Source: Antedon mediterranea
Lineage: Eukaryota > Animalia > Echinodermata
DNA length: 64,000 nucleotides
Assembly (NCBI RefSeq): GCF_964355755.1
Contig: NC_092672.1
Location: 3,224,001 to 3,288,000 of the forward strand
Direction of reading: 5' to 3'
Part shown: piece after piece, positions 1 to 14,078 of the stretch
Layout: each line of letters begins with the position of its first letter
Position numbering within the stretch: position 1 is the stretch's first letter
The notes under the pieces: model-generated
Seen by the model: the letters and a program-made list of their open reading frames with translations, nothing else
Told to the model about the DNA's origin: nothing
The model's database searches: none
Position numbers and translations under genes: made by a program

Positions 1-187
1 CTAAATGTCATTTTATTTCTTTTACAGAATGAAAACTGGTTGAAACTAAATTTACTATTTCATGCACATTTAAAAGACTTATAAATTTCACTGCTAATCA
101 GCAATAGTTATCAAGGAATTTTAAACATTGTATTATGGACTTTTGATGTATAAATATTTCGGCATCAAATAGAGACAATCAACCAAA

Positions 188-3100
188 ATGGTTTTATCAC
201 AAAGACAAAGAGAAGAATTGTAAGTATTGCATTACCGTATTACTCTCGTAAATTTGCATAATGTATGCAAATTAGGTAAGTAAAGCAAACTGTGAAGTTA
301 TGACCTACAGCCAACATTTGTTTGCCAACTGTACTTTGAACATCCAAAACATTATAAACTTAAAATTTAAAAGGATGCATATTTTATGTTTTTATAGAAA
401 TAAATCAATTGCAGACTATTTACGGTCTAATGGCTATGAACAGGCACTAAATGAATTTATTAAAGAAACTGATATGGTAAGTACAATCATTGTGTTTAAA
501 TATTAATGTAAATCTAATTTCAAAATTTAATTGGAATCATTTTTCAATGTTCACACAGAAACAACAGGAAATTTAAGGACTCTATCAAACTAGTTTGTGT
601 GATGTCCCCAAATTTGCTAGTGATATCCAAATACGGTAATGATATACGCAAATCTGGAAGTGATATAACATCATCATGTCCGTAATGTTGTCACATTAAG
701 TTTGATAGTGTAGACAGAGCTTAACTGAAAAAAATGTCCAGGCCTGTAAAGTCGTAGGAAACTTGAAGTCACGAAATGTATTAGAATAAAGACATTTTGT
801 ACAAAATGACATGTAAAAACGTTCAAAATTCATGGAATTTAAACTAACAGTAGAAAGCTTGTTGAAACTCCAGTATGGAATTAATGAATCTTATTAAATA
901 AAATGGAGTGTAGCTTGGTAGTTAACAAGCGTGCCTTCCAATCCTAAGGTCCAGGTGCCAGGGTTGTACAGTAACTCAAAATACTTTCAACTCCACTCGC
1001 TAAGCCTCAAATGAGACAATAAATTAAAGAATAGTTTATCCATCCTGTAGACTAAAAATTGATCATTTTCGACAATGTTTTCAAAATGTTTGCTTTATTG
1101 CATCTTTATCCCTAGTAGTACTTCCCCATAGTCTCTCTGGAAATAAAGTTTGGGGAAAAAGCTTATTTTATGCTTATAAAATGCATATCAAAGCTGATAA
1201 ATTTAAGTGTGCCGAATCGTCTCAGGGCCGAATCATCCCGGGCCGAATAGTTCCGGGCCGAATCGTCCCAGGGCCGAATCGTCCCGGGCCGAATCGTCCC
1301 GGGCCGAATCGTCTCGGGGCCGAATCGTCCCGTTACCATTGGCGAGATACTTGCTGTTGGATGTGTATGAAATTGAAAAAAAATGTTTAAATGCGGTTCC
1401 CTTACTGTAAAATGACAGACTCTTATTAAATACAGTCATCGAATAATACTCAACATGACAATTGTTTTGTGTTTATAGCCTGGTGAGATAGAGAAGAAAT
1501 ATGTAGGTCTACTAGAAAAGAAGTGGACTTCGGTGATCCGTTTACAGAAAAAAGTCATGGACTTAGAATCTAAATTAAATGAAGCAGAAAGAGAATTCCA
1601 AAGTGGTCCTACACGTGATAAGCGCATTCCATCAGAATGGATACCAAGGCCTCCTGCAAAGTATTGTTTAAGCGGGCACCGAAGCCCCATCACAAAAGTT
1701 ATATTCCATCCAGTCTATAGTTTAATAGTATCCTCATCAGAGGATGCCTCAATTAAGGTGAGTTGTTAAAGATTAAAGAGAGGATGGTTTAATCAATTTT
1801 CATTAAAATCGGTGTTCTCCCAATATAGAAATTAAGTCTGACAAATTAAGCAAATCTACTAAATACAAAGATGCTAAATAATATTGTATTATTGTTGTAC
1901 TTCCCTAGTATTCAATTGACAAAATATAGCCTTTTATTGCTCTTGGTCAGTGTTTTTAATGGCTAGGCCTAACCTACCACTAATAGATTAGATAAGTGTT
2001 TATGTTATGTATAATTTTCTTTTACCATTTTAATGCTGGTTGTTTGTAGCCAATTTAAAACGACAATACTTGCTTTCGGGAGAACACTTAAAATAGAGGG
2101 TGGTTTGTTTTATTTTCCATCATAAAGAAGGATTATTTAGTTTAATTTGTTCGTTGGGTGGTTTTAATAATGTTACTTTAACAATCTGATAATTTATTCC
2201 ATTTCGGTTGTTAATGTCTGTATGCATTGCTTGTTTTTGTATGAATTCATTTCCATGGCATCTTCCCACAAAGTCTTTTTCTCATTTTCTATGAGATTTC
2301 TCTATGACATTATTTCTTTCAAATAAAACTATTTGGTAGACTTTTGAACTGAACCCCATGCAAGATACAGACAATATACCAGGTCATGCGTAAACATATT
2401 TCAAATTCTTTGATTATTTGCATTTAAAAAATCTTTGAACTTTTTGGATCTAAAGATAACAGGAAGTCTAGACCTATATTTAGAATTATCAATTGTGGAG
2501 TTTAAAATCACAACAATAAATATGAGGTCAAATATCTTTTTTAGTAGCTTAGGTAGTATTGTGATTAATTTATTAGTAGCTTAAGTAGTATTGTGATTAA
2601 TTAATTAGTGATTCTCCAAATAGATTCAAATCAAAAGTGTGTGTTTACTATTAAAATAAAGAGAGAGAATTTATTTTTATTAAATGTTTATTTATTCAAC
2701 TTCTCACTGAAATGTACATACAAAGAAATAAACATAACACACAATTAATGAAAAAGTTTATATGAAATTATGATAATTAATATTATAATTATAAACCAGG
2801 AAGTGATTTTTCAACTCGTTTTTCCATTTTATATATTTGTTACAGGTATGGGACTATGAAACTGGTGACTATGAAAGGACTCTAAGAGGGCACACGGATG
2901 CGGTACAAGATGTTGCCTTTGACCAGACTGGCAAACTCCTTGGTAATAAGTCTCAAATATCCTAAAGCTCTGTCTAATACTTTATGTATAAATTATTTTA
3001 CTGCAGAAACTTAATTTTTTTACTGCAGTAATTCTTAAGATTTATTTTTTAATAAATTAGAGGTTTATAATTGTAGTCACAGCATGGTGACCCAGAAAAA

Positions 3101-6100
3101 GCTTGCTAAATAATTGCTTGAACATGTTAAATAGTTTTTAAAAAGTGTAGTTTCTGCAGTAACTTCAGTAGAATACATTTTTCTTCCAAATGTTCATAAT
3201 GTAGATACAGTTAACTTTCCCTGTTCATACCAAAATCTCTGTAACCCAGAAACGCTCCAAAAACTAGACAAAACCCACATTCGGGATACCAGACTTTCCT
3301 TCATTTTGTTTTCACCTATGTTTTTTCTTTGTTTTTTTCTAGTGTCTTGTTCCGCCGATATGTCTGTAAGGATATGGGATTTTGGTTCATACGAATGTAC
3401 AAAAACGCTACAAGGCCACGATCATAACGTATCTTCTGTATCGTTTTCTCCTAACGGGGATTTTGTGTTTTCGTGTTCGCGCGACAAGACAATCAAAATG
3501 TGGGAGGTTGCATCTGGGTAAGTTCTGCTTCCAGATTTGTTTTTAATTTATTAGTGGTTACCGACGACTGAGACACGCATACCATTCATATCATATTCTT
3601 TATATTCTTTTTTCCAAAACAAAAGATGAAATGAAATGATAACTCAAATTCATAACAGTAAAAATAAACAATGTTACATAAAGGGTGGAAAACCATATGG
3701 AATGTCTTAAGCTCAGTCTACACTATCAAACTAGTGTGATGTGCCCATATATGGTAGTGATATGACGATATCATGTTCATATATGGACGCATCACAATTC
3801 GTTGTCACATAAAGTTTGATAGTGTAGACAGAGCTTTACATTAACTGTAGACTGGGTGATGAGTGGCCCCATACATTAACTACATCCATGCATGCTTTTG
3901 ATGTTTAAGGGATTAAAATAATATCATTTTGACTTGATGTACTGGTTTTTTTTTTAGATACTGTGTAAAGACATTTACTGGCCATAGAGAATGGGTACGA
4001 ATGATTAAAATCTACCATGATGGATCGCTTATAGCTAGCTGTTCTAATGATCAGGCAAGTCTTAACTCTGTCTACACCATCAAACTTTATGCGACAAAAA
4101 ATGATGTGATGTGCCCATATATGGACATGGTGTCGTATCATTACTATATTTGGGCATATCACTACCATATTTAGGCACATTTAGACCTTATGGTAAAGGT
4201 AGGATAATACAGTAGAGCCCTGTTAACATGACACATGGTGCTAATGCTAGCTAATGGCGTTCTTTGAGAATAGGAATTGACTATAATATTAAAGATGTAT
4301 TGTCCCCCAACAACATGTAAAATGAAGAATAATAATATCAAACTTTGAATAAGTCATTTTGTAGTTTCAATAAAGTTTATCACGTCCATAAAAAAACGCA
4401 GGAAAAATAATGTTTTTACTTTCCATCAACAAAATAAACAGATAAATTAACCGAAAAGTCAATGGCTGGCAGCCAATTTAACTGATTTTGGCTTTAAATT
4501 ACATTTTTTCAGTTACTTTTTTTTCAATCCACTTTTTGGTAAAAGTGAATAACTATTATGTGACATTAAAATGGCATATTCAACATAAAATATTTGTAAA
4601 AATTATATTTTCAGGGGGACAATACAAAAACCAAAAACTATATAATTTTAAATGTTGTTGTAAATTTCAATTGTCTGTAGACTGTAAGAGTATGGGCTGT
4701 TTCCAGCAAAGAATGTAAAGCAGAATTAAGAGAACATGACCATGTTGTTGAATGTATAGCCTGGGCCCCTGAAAATGCTCATCCCATAATCAATGAAGCC
4801 ATTGGATCTGAGGTAAGTGTTTATCATTTATATATTCAATTTAAGCAGAGACCTCTAATAATGATTTATTGTAGATTATGTACTGTATCCATACTTTTAT
4901 ATATTTTATGTATCTATGTAACGCTTTGTCTGTTTTTTTATGTATCTATGTAAAGCGCCTTTGAGCATGTTTTTTTTTCATGAAAAGGGCACTATATAAT
5001 GTGGTATATTTTTATTTTTACTGAATCACTGTGATGATGGCACGAAATTAAAAAGGTTTTTATTGTTTTTATTAGATTAAGAAAGGAGGCAGATCTGGTC
5101 CATATCTAATTTCTGGATCGCGTGATAAAACCATTAAAATGTGGGACGTCAGTGCTGGAATCTGTATCATGACATTGGTAAGATATATTACTTTGCTTAA
5201 TTACTTTCTTTGGACAAGATACAAGGTGTACTGTTATATAGATTTAATATTATTTATATTTGTCATAGGTTGGACATACTAACTGGGTACGAGGTGTACA
5301 GTGGCGTAATCCAAGACCTTCAGTTGGAGGCCTCGGGTTACGCCTTTTTCGTCATATTTGAATACCTGTTTTTCCTCTTGGCACTGCTCAGGGGTCCTCA
5401 TAAGCTCCGGTGCCCCTGGGTTTAGCCACTGAGTGCTCATAGCCGTTACGCCATTGGAGGTTTTAATATTATTTATTTTTGTCATAGGTTGGACATGATA
5501 ACTGGGTACGTGGTGTACTGTTTCATCCAGGTGGAAAGTACATAATGAGCGCAGCCGACGATAAGACACTCAAAGTGTGGGATTATAAGAATAAACGCTG
5601 CTCCAAGACTCTAGATGCCCACGACCATTTCACCACATCCTTAGGTATGTAAATGTAAAAGGAGAAAATTGACAGATTATATCTCCTTGGTTTTGTACAT
5701 CCTCTACCCTAATGCGCTATTTTGTCACTCGAGATTGTCCAGAATTCTTGGGTAGACCAAAATACTGGGGTAGACCGGAATACTGGGGTAGACCGGAATA
5801 CTGGGGTAGACCGGAATACTGGGGTAGACCAGAATACTGTGGTAGACCAGAGTACAGGGATAACACCCTACATCTGTCCGCAACACCAGGGGGGCTGAGA
5901 TAGACCAGAATGCTAGGATAAGCCCTTACTCTTCCAAAAGATGAATTGGGTTATTTGCGATACATGCGTGAAGCCAGATGTGTACCCTGTACCTCCAATT
6001 TTTTGGTCCTTATTGTCAAGCAAGGATATTTAAAAAGCAATATGTTGTGGTACTCCTGCGCTAACCGATTTAAAATATGGTATTACAGTGTCTCGGATTC

Positions 6101-6803
6101 AGATTCAGATAACATTTATTCAGATAATAATTTATTAACATATACAAAATAGAAAAAAGATATTAAAGTGAACATAAATAAAGCAGTAATTTAGATATAT
6201 ATTATATTAGTGAGTGAGTGGCCGTAATTACGTAGCCATAACATCGGCAGGGGTTCGAGGCTCGCTCACTCCATGGTTCTGGTGGTAGAACGAGTCTTCT
6301 CGGATAAGGACTATAAACCGTAGGTCCAGTGTACACATCTAGCTCGTGTGCACTTTAAAGAACCTAGTACATCTTTCGAGACGAGTAGGGGGTTACCCCG
6401 GTGTATTAGTACATCACAGCCACTGATCACCAACTGGGCCCTCTGGGAGACCAGTCTTTGACTGAAGAGGTCACCCAGTATAAAGATCACCAACTGGGCC
6501 CTCTGGGAGACCAGTCTTTGACTGAAGAGGTCACCCAGTATAAATATAAATTTCAATCATATATAATTATTCTTTAATTTGTTTAAGAAAGTAAATAACA
6601 ATATTGTCTGAAAAGTGTTAATGCCTTTCAAAGAATTGAAAGTATCTGACATGTTAACTGAATTAACTAATTGTGTATTTACTGTTTTTAAGTAACAACT
6701 TACATAAGTTTTCCTTATATCTTGTATAGATTTCCATAGAAGTGCACCATTTGTTATCTCTGGTAGCGTGGACTTAACGCTTAAAGTCTGGGAGTGTCGC
6801 TGA
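188..6803 (+). CDS. PAFAH1B1: Lissencephaly-1 homolog (LIS1; LisH + coiled coil + WD40 repeats), 407 aa, 10 coding exons
   Basis: Exons 188-219, 398-476, 1479-1757, 2846-2942, 3343-3517, 3958-4054, 4681-4812, 5076-5177, 5488-5644, 6730-6803 sum to 1224 nt and join in frame: [24 protein letters not shown]...[21 protein letters not shown]...EWIPRPP...[13 protein letters not shown]. All introns GT-AG except one GC-AG (4055). Confidence 0.98.
1208..1338. repeat. 15-bp tandem repeat (GGGCCGAATCGTCCC) ending in CGTTACC; probable terminal fragment of a non-autonomous DNA transposon in LIS1 intron 2
   Basis: About 8 near-identical units visible; explains the spurious ORFs at 1181-1439. Confidence 0.75.
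3710..3835. mobile_element. PIF/Harbinger-like MITE (representative of a high-copy family)
   Basis: TIRs AGCTC(A/T)GTCTACACTATCAAACT ... AGTTTGATAGTGTAGACAGAGCT flanked by TTA/TTA. Related full or partial copies near 577-721, 4064-4180, 15765-15918, 21460-21533, 24420-24529, 25182-25337, 36390-36538, 37104-37202, 47305-47454, 51076-51232, 52388-53321, 56142-56300. Confidence 0.85.
4298..4624. mobile_element. MITE with TATTGTCCCCC...GGGGGACAATA termini
   Basis: Short inverted termini including TA; a related element lies at about 55191-55596. Confidence 0.55.
5299..5456. mobile_element. hAT-like MITE inserted in a duplicated copy of the LIS1 exon 9 5' end
   Basis: Termini CAGTGGCGTAA ... TTACGCCATTG; left flank GAGGTGTA, right flank starts GAGGT (partial TSD). 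Confidence 0.7.
5740..5855. repeat. 18-bp minisatellite (GGGTAGACCGGAATACTG) in LIS1 intron 9
   Basis: About 6 tandem units; source of the spurious RPEYWG ORF. Confidence 0.9.
6208..6547 (+). mobile_element. tRNA-derived SINE (MetaSINE-like core) with tandemly duplicated 60-bp 3' tail
   Basis: B box GGTTCGAGGC, core GGACTATAAACCGTAGGTCC...GTGCACTTTAAAGAACC, near identity to copies at 16133 and 47674; head has a short deletion; 6425-6484 repeated at 6485-6544. Confidence 0.8.
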
Positions 6804-8142
6804 TCGGATCATCCTCAAATATAGTGCTGTCACCAAGGTGATAATTCATCTGCAGTTATTTATCTGTTCAACTCGCTATTGTAAACACGTAAGCGGTACA
6901 TTCAAATAAAAAAAAACTCCTATTAAGCTGTTAACTGTTCAGAACTAAAATATTAAGTCTATTTGCTTATCAGACCATTCTGCAAGCCCTTTCTCATTTT
7001 TGTTTCTACACACAAGCTAGCTGTTAGATTGAATTTTTATTTTTACTGTAAGACATGTAGAAAACTTAAGATAAGTGAGTGAGATAGGGCTTATAGAAGA
7101 ATGGGGGAAAGAAGATAACATAAGAAACACACACATGTAAAATGATGTATCTTTATTATATTACAGTTGTGAATGAATAGGATTGTTTGTATTGTCTGGA
7201 ATATGAAAAGATGCACTATCCTATATCAGATTGACTATTAATACTAATTAATGTATGAATTGGTATAAAATGTAGAGGCCCAGGTGAAACTTATTATCGG
7301 GGTGAAAAAACATTTGATATTTATTTGGTGTATTGTTAGTCGGCCTAATTACTATAAGGATATTTAGAGACATGCGAGTTATTACAACCAGGGTGGCCAT
7401 TTTTAATACGCCAAGTCGTTATGACATTAATTATGTGTTTTAAATGTTGTGAATGTTGTCTGAGCATCTTAATGTGCAGCACATTTACCAGAAGTAAATT
7501 GAACGCCTCATGTGTCATCGTAAGCCTGATGTCAAACGTCTGCTTGTAGTTTTAAAACGCTAGTTGACCGATTAGCAGAGTGTATGATAAAAACCTGGTG
7601 TTATCTGCAGTACTTCCAAATTGATATATATATATAGTAAAGTATCTATTGGTACTGTACAGACTTCTCTATTGGTCCAGTGTGTAGTCTATTGGTCCAG
7701 TGCAGAGTCTATTGGTCCAGTACTTTAATTGCCAGTAAAGTGGTTAAAACTATTAGAGCAATGTTTCCCAATCTGGGGTTTGTGCCTGCCAAATGAAAGG
7801 AATACACGATTGCAGTCCGCACTTTGCGGTCCATAATACTGCATTTTCACAAGAAACATGTGGTTCCATAACCAGTGAGATCTTCCTTTAAAGAATGCCT
7901 CAATTTCACAATTGTCTTGGAGTGCCATTGGGAGTGGTTTAGTGGTGGTTTCTCTTTAAGTCTCATTCCTAAGCCTGACAAACATGTTTGAGTGTTTTTG
8001 TCTAATGTTGTATACAACAATAAGAAAACTACATTTATAATAAATTCACAATATTCCTACATAGCAATTATCTGCATATATTTACAAACCAAAAGGTGTT
8101 AAATTGGAAGTGATTAGTTTATGCAATTGGAGAGTATACAGT

Positions 8143-8432
8143 ACAGTATCTATTTGTACTGTACAGACTTCTCTATTGGTCCAATGTGCAGTCTATTGGT
8201 CCAGTGCAGAGTCTATCGGTACTGTGCAGAGTCTATTGGTACTGTACAGTCTTCTCTATTGGTCCAGTGCAGAGTCTATTGGTACTGTACAGTTTCTCTA
8301 TTGGTCCAGTTCAGAGTCTATTGGTCCAGTGCAGAGTCTATCGGTACTGTGCAGAGTCTATCGGTACTGTGCAGAGTCTATTGGTACTGTACAGTTTCTC
8401 TATTGGTCCAGTTCAGAGTTTATTGGTACTGT
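8143..8432. repeat. 20-22-bp minisatellite (GTGCAGAGTCTATTGGTACT/CCA)
   Basis: About 14 units; a shorter array of the same unit at 7641-7722; explains ORFs 8104-8552. Confidence 0.9.
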
Positions 8433-11400
8433 CCAGATCTGTCGATAACTGTTAAAATGGTTAACTGCTTCCTCATGCAACATGAACAATTGTGGCAATT
8501 ATGTAAATCAGGCTTTAGTTTGTGTCTCCCTGTCGAGGAAAACAAATGGTAAAGTAGTTTTAAAAGATTCTGCACATCCGTCATTTAACAATATGTAATT
8601 AGAAAGTTAAACCCAAGCTAAACTTCTTTGCATCCATTATTGACAAATTAAAAAACTTGTAACTATTTTTGTGAACTAAATATTAAAATTTCAAAATAAT
8701 TGAATGAAAAAAATCTGCTCCAAAATTGTGAAATGTAATGTATTATATAACATATTAACTGTAAGTAAAGTGTGTTCTATTGTTTTCTGAAATTGAAAAA
8801 TATCTGGTTTGTTCCAAAAATGCATAACAAACATTTTTTTTTTTGATAATATGGGTTAGTAAATAATATTTATGCTAATTTACACACGCAACAAAGTACT
8901 ATAAAGGTGTGTCCACACCAAGTTCAAATTTTGTGGGTCAAGCACTGATCTGAAGTCCAAAAAAAGGGGGTGGGGGTGGGGAAGGTGGTCACAACAGAAT
9001 TGGGGTTTCATCCAGATTAACGTAAAGCATTTTTGTGTAATTTGTGTTTTTGATTTTTGACTGTCAATGTCAAACATGTGTTTAGACATAAACTCATTGA
9101 CGTCTGTGTAATGTTAAAGGATTTTTAAAGTGCCTGGGAAGTATAACATATTGTGTCCATGCGCCAGACTGAATGGGCTTGGTGTGACACGTACCTTAAA
9201 TATTTCAAATTTAAAACTTCTTCAAGCACGTAAACATAAAGAATAAATCATATACTGGTTATAGGTTGGTTTAAAAGATTGTTTTTATAAATACAGTAAA
9301 ACACTTAATATAATATATATTACCGTTTTTTAATAAGCAAATTTGTTACTCATTTCAAAGGTCATTTATTTGTTTATGATTTAAATATTCATTAAGTGAT
9401 TTAAATATTCATTAAGAAAAATATATAATTTATTGATCAATATGGCTATTATAGTTTTGGTAATGTTTATATTTAATGACGTATAACATTTTTGCAGTTT
9501 AAACACTAAAAAGTAATAGCCTAACATACACTTGTACGTGTGTTTCTTCCATTAACAAGGACATATCTGATATAATGTTGAAGGAAATTATAAACCACAA
9601 ATGTCTAACCTGTGAGGGAGCATGTTAATATTATTATACTGCAGTTACTGCAGTAACTACATTTGGTTTATGTACCTATTTAGCAAGCTTGTTCTTATTG
9701 CATTGATTTGTTGAAACAAACTATAAATCATATGTTATTGCAGTAAAAAAAATTTAGTGCTGCAGTAACTGCAGTAGAATGATTTTGACGTTATTTCGAA
9801 GTGTAAAACATCTATGGGAGTAAAGATACACTATTATCAAGCAAAGAATTTATGTTTGGCAATCTTTCGTCATTCATAAACTTCTCATCACAGATGACAC
9901 TGTTTCTTATACTATTTACAATGATTTACTGCTATTGTCAAATCCTTTAAGTATATGATAACTTTACTAACAGTATTGGGAAATAAGTTTTGTTTAACAA
10001 TTTAATTTTTGTTATTTACTGCAATCTATGAATTAAACTTGCTAGATTAAGACACGCTCTGTATATATAGGAATAGGCTGTCTGTCATATCTGTCTTCTA
10101 AAAATCCTGTACTGTAACTGCAAATGTAATGGTTTTTTTTAACAGGGGTTTTCTGTATTAATGTTTAATTCGGCAAACTCCCCTTAAACTCGCCAAAATG
10201 TAGATTTTTTGTAAGGTCCCAAAATTCCAACCCTTCTAAACTACAGTTCTGAATACCAGACATTTTTAGGCCAGCATAAAATTTAAACTTGATTTAAAGG
10301 TGATCACTTAACTTGAAGGGGAGGTCAAGGATGGGCCTCAGATTTTCTTGGAAAAATATTAACAATATAGTGAAAATGCCTTTAGAATATTTCTAATTAT
10401 GTCTAATATTTAATTATCAACATTAATACTTATTTTTATCTATGGCCAGGTCACCTAACAAAATATGTATTTCCTTTTTTTTAATAGATGACAAGCAACA
10501 ACATTGTATTGACTTCCTTTAATCAATAGATAACAATGGTCTATTGTAAAAGCTATAAATGACACACATAAACAACGCTTAGTTTTATAGCATTACAAGG
10601 AAATATTTATCCTCTATTGAAAAGGGAAATAAAAATGTCTAAAGTGGCCTTTTTTTTGTACTATGTACTATTATAATTAAGTTAGAATTTTTTGTTTGAG
10701 ATCATGTCAATATTATTCTGCTGCAGTTACTGCAGTAATTGCATTTTGTTTACTCTTTATTAACCTGTTTATGCAATTATATATCAAGCTCTTTTCTGGG
10801 CATAATACACATTGTTTATTATTGCAGTGACTGTCTCATAAATACATTAGAACCAAAATCATATATTATTTTTTTTAAATGTGGTAACTGCAGTATTATA
10901 ATTTAGACATGGTCCCTTAATTTAATTAACTTTTGTATAAAAATGAATTTAAAATATTGATGTGCAGTAGAGTGTAATAGAGAATATGAGATACTGTATA
11001 AACAGTCTGGCACAGATTTAGCAGTTCACAATTTGCACATTCATTTTTAGCAACAGTGCGTAACAAATAATAAACCTATTCTTATAAATGTATGTTTACG
11101 TAACCTATCTTAATGTGATCATAACCACACATTATTATAACAATACAGTACAATTATTCTGGTATAAGGCTTATTTATCAGAAATATATAAGTCGGTGTT
11201 CTTCGTCAATAAAGCCAGTTTTTTTGCTGAAATAACTGTACGAACAGAACTTCAGTTGTTTGTGTGTATGCAAATAGTAGTTTTATATTTATTGTATTTT
11301 TATGTACAGTAATTGATCTGTATTGGCCAACTATCACAACTGAACAATTGTATGCCACGGAATTTTTAAACATGTTGCATTAGGGCCTATAACATAAAAA

Positions 11401-14078
11401 ATGAACGCGTGTGAAGCTTTAGAAACACACAAAATGTGTTGCGCTACTGGCGCTCCATAGTTCCAACAGGAAGAGGTTGGATGTGTTTATTGTTGGGTAG
11501 CGCCCCTGTACGTTCAAAAACTTTTAAAGTTTTGCGCTAAAAAAGGCAAGTGTTCAGATGACCTCGGGCTTTCTAATTGAAGCAAAGACGTTTCCAAATA
11601 AGTAAATTTACATGACAAATATTTTAAATAATGAAATGAGCTAGAGGGTGAGCTCGCTTCGCTCGCTCCCCCTCTAGGAAGTGTAGACGATGGTTCTCGG
11701 AATGATAAAAATTTTCTCCTTGTACGTTTTCTGTCGGTTACCATTATTGAAAATGCTTGACATTCGTAAAACTAAACTACTCTGTTTCACAGTGTTTTAG
11801 ATGATTAATAACATTTTAAAGTATAGTGTTTATTGTTTGGTAGGGCCCTTTGGGGAGGCAGAGTTATTTGAGGGAGGTGCTTATTCGAGGGATATAATAT
11901 GTAAATTATTTTAGTTTTAATAATATGGTAACATTTATAATCAAATGAAATCCTCTAATATGAAAAGTGGTAAAAAAGAATAACAAATGCTTGGTAAATT
12001 GTAGATAACAGTGCGATGAATTCTACTACAAATAGTATAATGATTATTATTCAGTGATGTTTTATTGGGGAGGCGTTTATTCAAATAAATACCATCCTAA
12101 TAATTATTAATACACTATTTAATTTAAACATCTTTTGAAACTAACTGCCGTGACAGAGTGGGCCCAAGAAAGAAGACATTACGGCTTGCAACATGGGCAG
12201 ACATCTCGGTCCTAACGGGACACAGATTGAGTAAGCTGGCAGGAATAACTATAGATTATTCCTGCCAGCTTACTCAATCAACTATCGGGATTTCACTCGA
12301 TTTTAAACAACATGTCTTATCATCAAATCATCAAATGTAATTTTATAATACTATTTCCCACAATATATTCCGATTCTTTATGGAGTATATTTAATTTGAT
12401 CTTTATTAATTTGCAGTATAATTTTTATTTTTTATTACTGTACCACCTTCACACACGCGCGGCGTGGTTTTTTCTTCCTTCTTCCAAAGGGACACTGTAT
12501 TGATTGATGGAAAGTGCCTGTTTCCAGTCACCTTTAGGGTCAAATATATTATTTTAACTGCTCCCTTGTGTATAAAAGAGAGAAAATAGTTGAAACCAGG
12601 TTGTTGCAAGGTGAACCCGGAAATTACTTTGACCAGCGAAGAATTGAAATTGAGTAGAAAATCTACTGTTGAAATCATAAATTGTGTTAAAAAACTCTTT
12701 ATAATATCTTCCTCTAAGATAGAAATATGAAACAATAGCGTCGATGTGAAAACTAATGTTATCAAATCTACGTTTCGCGGTACATCTGAGATAGATAAGG
12801 TAGGTATCCAAGGCGGAGATTTACCGAAGTTTTTGCATTGTGCTCGCCTATGTCAGAATTAACCATAATTTATATATAGATGAATCAATTGAACCTTTAA
12901 AAAAAAACTTCAGCGCATATGCACGCAATTATTCTCTTTCTGTAGCTTATATTTGTGTTTTAATTTTCAGCTGCTAGGGTTGATACGCATACTAAATCTT
13001 AATCTTAATTTCTATTATTGAGTGCTACTATCGACGATAGTGGTGGTTAATCGTACCGGTAGCTATATAGTCACCCAAACTCATCATTAGTATTTCTAAT
13101 TTAGAAAGTGAACTGCTCATAATATTCAAAATTATTCATAGGCTGAATGTATAATCATAGCTAATTTGTGTCTTAAGAGGATGTCCACAATAAAGTAATA
13201 AGTTTTTTATTTGATTGTTATCCTTGGATTGTAATAACTGATTGCATCATGAATTTAGAGAATCAATCTATATGGTTATTTTAATCATTAAGATCACTTC
13301 TATATGATTTTTTTTATTCAACGCAATTAAGGACGTGAGCACGCGATTTAGTTGACCAATCACGGCGGCGCGATGGATCTGTTGTTTGTGCGGTCAATTT
13401 CAATTGCGTCGTGAATGCCTACGTTCCATCGTAGCTTGAAACCAATCCTTAAACCTATACATTTAGTTTATGGTCCATGCTCGGACCCTACTTAGAACAA
13501 CTTGTCTCAGTTGAAACTTTAAACACATTTAGCATCAATGCTCCAGCTTTCTTTAATTGTTCTTTTTCATTAGATATCCGAACATTACTTACTCTCTTCA
13601 AATATTTACTCAAAAACCACCCAGGTAGCTTTAAATTAATTAATTTTAAGCACATTCTGACGATTTCTATTAAATTTGTATTATTCTGGTGGTCAACTTC
13701 GGTTGGATGGACCATCCTCATAAAATAAATAAACAATAATTAAATAGGTCTAGTAGAAAGATGGAGGACGTACAACAAAGACAACGCATGAACAAATGTG
13801 TTAGAATTAAAAAAAAAAAAAAAAATTCCTGTTTCAACCAGTCGTGACATAACAAAACGTTACATGCATCCGTCGGGAGTTCGAACTTGATCTACCCCAA
13901 TACCGGGGTTTCACGAAGCTGCAACTCAACCACAGCCTTACACTGTGCGCTAACTGACCAGTCGTATATGTCAATAAAATGTGAACTTGTAGATAGTTTT
14001 AGGTAATCTCTTCTTCCTCGGTCACATTTGCCTAGACTGAAGAAGAGATTACGTTCCTAAATGTACTTAACCTAACCT

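Noticed and set aside
903-965. tRNA-Gly-like sequence (also a tRNA-like piece at 54010-54075, minus)
   Set aside because: T-arm and acceptor stem are broken; decayed SINE heads, not tRNA genes.
6430-6544. CTGAAGAG in the SINE tail (and at 14036) as a hammerhead core
   Set aside because: No helix II followed by GAAA; better explained as a LINE-type 3' stem-loop or simple hairpin.
12400-13740. Minus-strand ORFs duplicated at 43971-45250 as a gene
   Set aside because: No recognisable motif, frames differ between the two copies; at most a decayed unknown element.
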